Source of the DNA: the human T2T-CHM13v2.0 reference genome, Homo sapiens
Strand: one strand, 5' to 3'
Length of the DNA stretch: 64,000 nucleotides
Assembly (NCBI RefSeq): GCF_009914755.1
Contig: NC_060929.1
A program made the position numbers and the translations under genes. Each line of letters starts with the position of its first letter. Positions within the stretch are counted from its first letter, which is position 1. Below are positions 53,891 through 64,000 of the stretch, in pieces. The notes beneath the pieces were generated by a model. It searched no databases, had not been told where the DNA came from, and saw only the letters and a program-made list of their open reading frames with translations.

Positions 53891-55026
53891 TAGTTTTCAA
53901 TTCATTGGAGTTTTGAATTGTATTTCTCTAGTGACAAATGATGTTGAGCATCTTTTCATGTGCTCTTTGGCCACTTGTGTATCTTCTTTGTACAAATGTC
54001 TATTCAAGTTCTTTGTCTCTTTTTGAATTGGATTGTTCAGTTTTTTGTAGTTGAGTTATAAGAGTTTTCTTTTTAGTATACACTAGATACTTGACCCATA
54101 CCGAATATATGATTTGCAAATATTTTCTCCCATTCTTTGCATTGTGTTGTTACTCTCTTGATAGTGTCATTTGATGTACAAAAACTTTTTAATTTTGATG
54201 AAGTCCAGTTTAGTTTTTCTTTTGTGGCTTGTGCTTTTGGTATCATATTTAAGAAACTATTGTCAAATCCAAGGTCATGAAAATTTGTTCCTGTGTTTTC
54301 TTCTGAGAGTTTTATAGTTTTAGCTTTTAAGTTTAGTTTTAACATGTTTTATGGTTAGTTTGTACATGGGATGAGGTAAAAATAAAATTTCATTCTTTTG
54401 CACATTGATTGATTTTTGAATGTGAAACTAACTTTGTGTTTTTGGGATAAAAACCGCTTGGTCATGGTGTACTACCTTTTTATTCTATTTCTGGAGGTTT
54501 GGTTTGCTCAATTGTGTTAAAGATTTTTGTGTCTATGTTTAGGGGTATTTTTATCTGCACTTTTCCTTTTTTGCAAAATCTTTTTTTCCTTGTCTTTGGT
54601 ATTTGGATAATGATGGCCTTATAACATGAGCTGTGAAGGGCTTCCTACGCTCAATTTTATGGAAATGTTTGTGTAGGGTTAGTATTATTTCTTCTTTATA
54701 TATTTTGTAGACTTCACCTGAGAATGTTTCTAGGATTGGAGTTTTCTTTGTGAGCAGGCTGTTAAACACAAATTCAACTTCTTTAGTAGAGGGAAATCTA
54801 GATTTTAAAATATTTCTTCTTGAGTATTTCTTTGGATATTTTTGGATATTTCTAGGGAAATGTCTATCTAAACTGTGAATCTGTTGACATAAATTTGTTT
54901 CTAATATTCCCTTATTATTCCTATTAATAGTTTAGGGTCTTGATAACACTAATTGATGTATTTTATCTTTGTTTATTGAGCAGTCTTGCTAGAGGTTTAT
55001 CTATTGTACTGACCTTTAAAAAAAAC

Positions 55027-55331
55027 TTTTTTTTTTTTTTTTTTTTGAGATTGAGTCTCACTCTGTTGCCCAGGCTGGAGGGCAGTGGCATGATCTCGGC
55101 TCACTTCAACTTTCATCTCCTGGTTCAAGTTATTCTCCTGCCTCACCCTCCCAAGTAGCTGGGATTACAGGCATCCACCACCATGCCTGGCTAATTTAAA
55201 TTTTTTTTTTTAGTGGAGTCGGGGTTTCACCATGTTGGACAGGCTGGTCTTGAACTCCTGACCTCAAGTGATCCACCCACCTTGGCCTCCTAAAGTGCTG
55301 GGAGTACAGGTGTGAGCCACCACATCTTGCC
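55027..55331 (-). mobile_element. AluS
   Basis: Dimeric Alu following a poly-T. Confidence 0.95.
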
Positions 55332-55520
55332 CAGCTTTTTTGTTTATTGCATTTGTCTATTGTTTACCTATTTACTATGTATTAATTTCTGTTTCTATAC
55401 TTACCATATCCTTCTTTCTTTTTAGTTTAGATTTAATTTGTTTTTTTTTTCCCCTAGTTTCTTAAGGTAGAATCTTAGATTATTGGATTTGGACCCACTT
55501 TCTGTTCTAACATAAGCTTT

Positions 55521-55633
55521 TATCCCCTTTATCATTTTTATTGTGTCTCTTTGATTCTTCTCTCTTTTCTTCTTTATTAGTCTGGCTAGCGGTCTATCTA
55601 TTTTGTTAATCTTTTCAAAAAACCAGCTCCTGG
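55521..55633 (-). mobile_element. Short internal L1PA ORF2 fragment (no 3' end, no poly-A)
   Basis: tatcccctttatcattttttattg...gctagcggtctatctattttgttaatcttttcaaaaaaccagctcctgg is nearly identical to primate L1PA consensus. Confidence 0.8.
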
Positions 55634-58564
55634 TTAATTAATTAGCATGTCTTTGAGTTCACTGATCTTTTCTTCTGTTGTGTCTAATCTGCTTTTAGTT
55701 CCATCCAGTGACCATTTCATTTCAGAACTTGTATTTTTCATTTCTAGAAGTTCTATTTGATTCTTTTTTAATATTTTCCATTTCTCTTCTCACAATGCTT
55801 GTTTTTTTCAATACTTGGACAATAATTATAACAGTTGTTTTGATGTTCTTGTCTGCGAATTTCTGTCATTTCTGTTTCTATTGATTTTCCTTTTGATTAT
55901 TAGTCACATTTTCCTGCTTCTTGGGATATCTAGTGATTTTGATTATATGCTAGACATTGTGAATGTCTAAGTTTTGTTGTCTTTCTTTAATGAGTGTTGG
56001 ATTTTGTTTTGGTACACAAGTTAATTTTGGTTCCATTTAATCCTTTCAAGGTTTGTTTTTGAGCTTTTAAAGGTAGGTCTGCAGTATTTTCTCTAGGGAT
56101 TCTTTAATATTTTTATTAAGGTATGACCCAACTGGATTCTCTACTGAATGCCCTGAGTGACCAAGAAAGACAATCCTTTTTGGCTGGTAGAACTTGGATA
56201 GCTCCTAGTTCTGTGTGAGCTCTGTAAACTGTTTGCTTACAGCTTTTCAGTCACTCTGTTTCTGGTCTAAGGAATTTCACCCTACTCATACATATTTTAG
56301 TACCTACTAAACTCTCAAGTGCCCCTCTATGTTTCTTTCATAAGTATTTCCTTCTTTCTGAAATACTGCCCCATAAATCCCAGCTACAAAAGCCTGTCTG
56401 AGCCATGATTTTGGTCTTCTCACATCAGTGAAACCACTGTGCTCTGCCTTGAACTCCTTTCCTTCTATGAGACATTGAATTTGCCTCCACGGTGAAAGCT
56501 GGGGTAGTCATATTGTATATTCCATCTGTTTCCCTTCTCTTATGAATTATAGTCCTGAGCCACCTATTTTTCAATGTCTGATAATAGTTATTTCACACAT
56601 TTTATCTGATTTTCTAGTTGTTAATGGAAGGAGGGTAAATTTGGTCCCTGATTATTCATCAGAAGTCCATGTTGCAAATTTTTATTCATGATCCTATCCA
56701 AAAGGTTGCCATTTCTGAAAATGCTGTTCTATTTGAAGATGTCTTCTGGGACATTTTTTTTCTCCATTCTTCTTCTACAACTTAAAACTATGGATATTCC
56801 AAATAAATTTGTGAGAACTATACTGCATTGTTTCTGGTTTTTGTTTCAGAATTGTCTGTTTTCCCATAGTGATCCCTATGTCTTATTCGTCTTTTCCCAC
56901 ACACCCACTTCAAATAGGGCTAATGTGACTTTTTGATACAGGATTTAGGCTACGAAATGGCTCTCAGACCTTTCCAGGGGAGTTTCTAAGTCCCTTATAG
57001 CTGGAGTTCTAAGAACAGCCACTCAAGGCTTGCTTCCACCATTTCTTAAAAGTGAGAATTACTTGTAGATGTGGCATCTCTAACATCATTGCTTTATACT
57101 CACTCGAACATACAGTGGGAAACAGAGGCTATTAAAAATGTAATCAGTGTGAAAATTCATGCCATCTGAATCGTACGAGTATGTAAGGGATTTGAGTTCC
57201 TTACAGAATTTTCTGTAATTTAGTACTTCAAATGACTTATAAATGTATATACTTCTCTCTCACAAAAGTGTTAGGAGAAGGAAAATCTTAAATACTAGCT
57301 TGATTTCTTAATTTAATAACAAAAAACAATTCTCATAACATGTATCACCTAACATGTCACTTTCACTTTAAAAGTCTAAAGAGTTGAGGTTTATTTCTTT
57401 TCTTTTAAAGTTGATGTTTATGTTGGTGATTTCGAAAAGATCAGATCCCCCGTTATGAAGGATCTTAACCTTGTCTTTTAGATCTCCATGAGAAATGCAG
57501 TACATGTAGCATTAGCCATATTTCTTTTTTAGAGGCCTATGTAGGATATTTATAACCTGTAAAAGTTTGATGACTTCATGCTCAGGAGAAAGCAAGTAAT
57601 TACCTAGCCAAGCCAGGTGGGTGTTCAGGTTAGTGGTAAACAGAAAGGAGATGTTGAAAGATTTCATATCTAAAGGGTAAAAACACAAGAGAAGTATATA
57701 GAGATAAACATGTAAAGTATAAGACTGTTACATAGTAAGCTACCTCCGAAGTGGCAGCCATTGTTATTATTTTTCTGCCAGTATTTTGAAAATAATTGTA
57801 TCTGTTTTGTGTACTTAAACTGGATTGAATTTACACTATCTCCCCCTGCCCTGTCCTCCAGACCTCTGCTTCCTAGAACTTTATTTATTGTTCTTAAAAC
57901 ATAATGGGACTTTTGTCTTCTCAGATTTAAACTCTATATAGTAAAAAAAAAAAAGAAAAAGAAAAGCAAGTACTGTACTGGAAATTTATATCATTAAATT
58001 TATATCATTAAAGTCACATTAGCCCTATTTGAAGTGGGTGTGTGGGAAAAGACGAATAAGACATAGGGATCACTATGGGAAAACAGACAATTCTGCAACA
58101 AAAACCAGAAACAATGCAGTATAGTTCTCACAAATTTATTTGGAATATCCATAGTTTTAAGTTGTAGAAGAAGAATGGAGAAAAAAAAATGTCCCAGAAG
58201 ACATCTTCAAATAGAACAGCATTTTCAGAAATGGCAACCTTTTGGATAGGATCACGAATAAAAATTTGCAAATAAAAATTTGCTGGTGTGTATTTAAACA
58301 TTAAGTTTACTTCTACAAATAAGCCTCTCCTTCCCCTAGCCCCACTCCCACATCTCAGAAAAGGTAAAGGGGACTATTGAAAACCTGTCCTTAGAAGTCC
58401 TTGGTTTTGTGAGGCTTGCAGACATCCTAAAATTCACAACCTTATATTTTGTTTCAGAAAATGAAACATCACAGGTGAAGGGCTTTTTTTTTTAAAAATT
58501 TTGTTTTGTTTTGTTCTGTTCTTTGTCATTGTTTTTGTTTTGCAATATCTTACTACGTGTACAG

Positions 58565-58698
58565 AAGTAGTTTTCAAAGTGTGATCCCTGAGTAAGTAGC
58601 ATTAACATCACCTGGGAATTATGTAGAAGTGCAAATTCTCAGGCCTCGCAGTCTGTGTTTAGGCAGTTTTGGTATATGCTAAAGTTTGATAGCCACTA
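58565..58698 (+). mobile_element. MER5A, internally deleted
   Basis: ttttcaaagtgtgatccc...catcacctgggaattatgtagaagtgcaaattctcagg. Confidence 0.75.
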
Positions 58699-59719
58699 GT
58701 GTCAAGTACCCTGGAAAGCTCTCTCACATCTTACTGAATCTATTTCTGTCTATGATATTATAAGCCTCAAATATGAGGTATGAAGAAGTAATCAGTCATG
58801 CCCCCAGTGACTGTTGCCTTGGAGATGTTTAATGGTGTGACATGGGAAGTGCCATGCTGCAGAGCAAATGTCAAACCCCAAGAAGGGAGAGACTTTCTGC
58901 CACAAGCTTCCAGAGCACCTCCTTTCACAGCCCTAGCAGCCACAGTGTAAGAAGATTAAGAAACCAGAACTGCAGAAGGTACTAAAGAAGCAGGGCCTTC
59001 AGGCAGAGCTGCAGCCTCGAGGCACCTTAAGCTAGTTAAGAAATAAGATCCCAGGGCTCAAAAGCAGTTCTTGAAGCAAGAGTATCAAAAGGCTGACTTT
59101 AGCAATCCAGACATGGAGCAAAAAACTAGCATCACTGCGTAGGCCTGACTGTGGGGAAGCCCAAGGAAGTCTTGGCAGAAACTGTTTACTTAGCCACCCT
59201 GGAAAAGGGCGATGGTGCGTTTGTCAGTAAAGAGGACCTGAAGGCTGACATATCTATCTGTCCTCCTCATAAAGGCTCATTATTGGTTCAGCAAATATTG
59301 AACATGTACCATTTCTCGTTCCAAGTACTAGAGATCCAGCAGCAAACACAAAAGAGGTTGCTGGCCTCATGTCTCTCACATTCTAATCATGTTCTGGGGA
59401 GAGTTCAGTGTCAGCACTGGCTTTGGGTAGACACTTTCTGGTTTCTAGACTCAAGATTCTGGGTCCCAGAAAGTGCAAATCCAGATGAAGAATTCCCTTG
59501 ATAGACAAAGCTTATTTCTCCTGGAAGTGCTCCCCAATCTCATTTGCATTTTGTCCTAGACATCTAACCTGGAAATTTTGCCATCAGTTTTGATATCACT
59601 GGCTCCCTGGCTCCTTATCTAATCAGGCACCAGATCCTAAGGATTCGTTTTCAGTAAGGTCCATGGAATTCCCCTCCCCACCCTTTTTTTCTGTTTTTAC
59701 AAATTCCATCTACTCAATG

Positions 59720-60104
59720 TCTCTGTATTTGCTAGGGCCGCCATAATAAAATAGCACAGACTAGGTGACTTAAACAACAGAAACTTATTTTCTCACGATT
59801 CTGGAGCCTAGAAGTCTCAGGTAAAGGTGCCAGCAGGGTAGGTGTCTGGTGAGGCCTCCCTCCTCAACTTGCAGGTGGTGCATTCTCTCTGTGTGGTCTT
59901 TTCTCTGTGTGCATGCAGGAGAGAGTGGGCAATCTCTGCTGTCTCTTCTTCTTATAGGGACACCAGTCTTATTGGATTAGGGCCCCACCCTTATGACCTC
60001 GTAACCTTAGTGACCTCCTAAAAGGCCCTGTCTCCAAATATAGCCACACTGGGGGTTAGGCTTCAAAATACAAATTTTGGGAGGCCACAATTCAGTACAG
60101 AACA
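59720..60104 (-). mobile_element. MLT1A0-like LTR
   Basis: tttgctagggccgccataataaaatagcacagac...ggggttagg...acaattcagtacagaaca. Confidence 0.85.
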
Positions 60105-60216
60105 ATCCCTATTATCCCATTCCTGGGTTATTATAGATCCTTACTGATCTTCATTCCTGACTTGCTTCACCAGTCCTTCTTGAATATGCAACTGGATTCA
60201 TTTCAGTAAAATAGTA

Positions 60217-60924
60217 CAGTTGACTCTTGAACACCATGAGTTTGAACTGTGTGGGTTCACTTTCATGTGGATTTTCTTCTGCCTCTGCAATCCCTGAAAC
60301 AGCAAGATCAACCCCTCCTCCTCTTCCTCCTCAGCTTACTTAACATGAAGATGAAAAGAATGAAGACCTTAATGATGATCCATTTTCACTTAATGAATAG
60401 TAAATATATTTTCTTTTTCTCATGTTTTTCTTAATAACATTTTCTTTTCTCTAGCTTACTTTATTGTAAGACTATAGTATATACTACATATAACATGTAA
60501 AATATGTGTTAATTGACTGTTTATGTTATCTGTAAGGCTTCTGGTCAATAGTAGGTTATTAGTAATTTTTTTTTTTTTTGAGACAGAGTCTCGCTCTCTT
60601 GCCCAGGCTGGAGTGCAGTGGTGTGATCTAGGCTCACTGTAACCTCTGCCTCCCAGGTTCAAGCGATTCTCCTGTGTAGCTGGGACTACAGGGGTGTGCC
60701 ACCATGCCTGGCTAATTTTTATTTTTAGTAGAGATGGGGTTTCACCATGTGAAAGTGGCCTCAAGTGATCCACCCACCTTGGGCTTCCAAAGTGCTGGGA
60801 TTACAGGTTAGAGCCAATGTGCCTGGCCTGTAGTTAAAGTTTTTGAGGAGTCAAAAGTAACATGTGGATTTTCGACTGTGTAGCAGTTGGTGCCCCTAAC
60901 ACTGTGTTGTTCAAGGGTCAGCTG
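60217..60924 (-). mobile_element. Tigger2a-like element split by an Alu
   Basis: Terminal inverted repeats cagttgactcttgaaca / tgttcaagggtcagctg with TA flanks; reverse complement of the 53454 copy. Confidence 0.82.
60566..60828 (-). mobile_element. AluS with two internal deletions
   Basis: ctcctg|tgtagctgg and accatgt-gaaagtgg-cctcaag junctions. Confidence 0.92.
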
Positions 60925-62056
60925 TATTTTAAAGTTACAGTCTTATTGAAAACATCAGTGATTTCTAATGACTAGAATTTAGCCAAACTGCTTAGTCTGG
61001 CATTTGGCTCCCTGGTCATAGTCTCCCTTGTCAGCCAAAATCATGTTATTCTCTTCTTCCATACCACAAACCTTTTTGAGTCATCTGCCTCTTTGTTCTT
61101 CAAGCATTTAGCAAGTGTTCCCACCTCTAGGCCTTAAGCACATTATTCTCTCTGGAATGTCCTCTTTCCCACTTATTCAAATACTGCCCTTTCTTCCAAG
61201 AGCTATACTCTGTCTCCTCAGTGGCATCTCCCGGATAATTTCCACCCACAGTGATCTTTCTCTCTGGGCTTGGATTAATTTTTCAAAGCAAATGTTAACG
61301 CAATTCTCTTGTGTGTATGTCTGTGTTCCTAACTGAATTGTCTGAGGGCAAATACTAAGTCTTTTACTTCTTCGTATCCCTCACAGCACCTGGCACAGTG
61401 GTGGTGCTCAAACCATGTTCTCATGGCATCATGGCTGGCTGGCTGGGTGGATGGATGGATGGAAAAAGAATGATATTCCCTTTGATAAAGTTTTCTGGGA
61501 ATCTTAGCTTAAATTCACGTCCTCTGAGAAAACTTTCATTGTCCTACCCCAGTCTCACTCTATCACATCAACATATTTTAAATCCCTATATAACCTTCAT
61601 CACTACCAGAGACTTTGTTTGTCCTTCCAACTCCCCCTAATATCCCAAACTCCATAGAAATAGGGACTGTTTCTGTCTTGTTTCTCAGTGCTTAGTTAGC
61701 ATGTGATACACGGTAGCCACTCAGTAAGCATTTACTGAATGAATGGATGAATTTAGCATCATATTAGTGTAATGACATCTTCTGGAATGGATGATATGCC
61801 TAGCAAGGTGTGCATGCAGGCAGGAGAGGGCCTGCTTAGAAACCTGAACTTTAAAAAATTGCCCATGAGACATTTAGGAAAGCTCACACTCATTTAGAAA
61901 CAGATGTGCCTTGTGCCTTGCTTTATAGATTGTAAATGTTAAAAAAAAATTGGTATGAATTAATAATTTGTACCCTTAGTTTTTTTTTTTTTTTTTTTTG
62001 TACCTTGACTAAGAATACCTAAAAACCTCAAAGTGCTATGTGAGAGTATTCATGGA

Positions 62057-62359
<303 letters not shown>

Positions 62360-64000
62360 TCATGTTAATCATTTGGCAAACAACAATATTTTTTGCAAGA
62401 CAATGGATTTGTTTTCTAAATCTAGATTTTCACACAGAATGTTTCCTTAAGGGCGGTAGAACCTACAGTGACTTCCATTAAATAGAGAAGTTGTTTCAGA
62501 GTCTTCCACCTTCATTTCTTTTTTCTTCTTCCAGTGTTATCATCCCTGCCTAAGGAGACACTGTCTAGTTACCCTGTCTGCTCACTGCCTTCTGGTGCCA
62601 CCAAGTTTAGTTCTGCCTCTGTGCCTTTGTTCATGCTGTTCCTGTGATTGAAAAGTTCTTGTTGAGGCCCAACTGAGATGCCGCCTTCTTCCCTTCCCAA
62701 TGACCATAACTACTATAAAAGAATTGACAATACCACTCATCTTTGTTCTGGCCCCTTGACACTCATGGATTGTACTATATTTTCATGTGTAAGTCCTGTC
62801 TGCCTGATTGCTCTGTAAGTTCCTTTGGAGTAGGACTGCACCTTGTGTTTCATTTCTATATCCTTTTATGTCTGATGCTTTTGTGAAATATATTTGTAAG
62901 ACTTTAGGAAATGAATGTTCCATCTCTCCTAGCCTGATTATTGGGGTCCAAAGTTCTGGAGGTGAGTAGCATTCTGGAGTCTCTCTGCAGGGCTAATCCA
63001 GCCCCTCCCTGTGGGGTGCTTGTTAACAGGAAGGACAGATCACTTTTGTACTATGCAGACTCAGGACCCAGCACTCGGTGGCCTCCAAGTTTCATGATGT
63101 TGACCTAAGGAAGTCAGATGTTGGCTGACTCTCCTCCTACACATTCTCTGTTTGCATTTTCTACAACTGGCAAGAGAAAACCGTTCTATGGGCCAAATCC
63201 TCTCCTTAGTTTCACTTGGCCTATGGCGAAAGGTCCAAGAAGTGATGCACCTATAGTTTAAAATACAACTTATTTTTACTGTCTTGAAAGAGCTGTCTCC
63301 GTAAACTCACTTGGTAGGACTATTTCACCATGAAAGTGGCTTCCCATGGCTTTCTTTGTCTCTCTTTCTTTTTTCCTCTCTGGGTGTCTGGTTCTGTGAG
63401 GTTTCCTTTACAAATGTGTAGGCATTCGTTTCTCTGTCTCCACCTATCTCTGATTCTCTCCCTTTTAAATTTATTTTCCATCTTTTACCTTCTGTCCAAA
63501 GGAAAAAAAAATCAATGGAAATCCATAAAAGGAAATAGAGTTACCTAAATACTTTTTGTGGAGAGAATTAGGAAATATTACACTTACTCATTTACATGGT
63601 TTTTATGCACTGAAACTGTTTTTCAGAAAAATAAATTTGTCGTTTCTTGTCTACACCACTTTATACTCACTTATGAACCTCAAGATATGTTCATACATTG
63701 TCTATATTTGTAATCAATTTATGTACGTATCTATTTTTAACCTAACATTGTTTTGTTAGGTTTTATATTACTATAAATAGTAATATTTATATGTGATTTG
63801 TTGAGCCATTCCCTAAGTGTTTGATGGTTGAATTATCTCTAGTTTCATTATTGTAGACAACATTGCTACCAACAACTTTGTACAAATTATTATATTTTAT
63901 TATTCTGGCTTTTTCTGATGTACATTACCAAAAGACTACCATGATGTAATCAAAGGCATTCACTGACTTTAAAAACTAAAAACACAGAGCATAAAACTCT

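Overview
Primate (very probably human) euchromatic DNA, mostly interspersed repeats (Alu, MIR, L1M, L2, L3/CR1, MaLR/ERVL LTRs, hAT and Tigger DNA transposons). There is no intact multi-exon CDS, and no prokaryotic system (operon, CRISPR) is present. Two landmarks stand out. (1) A near full-length HMGB1 processed pseudogene (~4396-5551, +) inserted into an MLT1-type LTR. (2) A CpG island (~38050-39320) containing a short +-strand first coding exon with a strong Kozak ATG, 12 codons (MDQLYCPPSACQ) and a phase-0 GTGAG donor. From memory (not verified), this pair and its ~34 kb spacing fit human 5q13.3: HMGB1P35 in the ZBED3-AS1 region, followed by an upstream alternative promoter/first exon of PDE8B. 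The less obvious observations are several template-switch/repair scars, a non-classical internal L1PA patch, an intact MLT2A solo LTR with a DUX4-like site, a perfect CRE, non-B-DNA motifs beside the first exon, and a strand flip of LTR orientation across the window. I found no convincing new biological system. Repeat family names come from recognising consensus sequences by eye, and boundaries are approximate unless target-site duplications (TSDs) are quoted.
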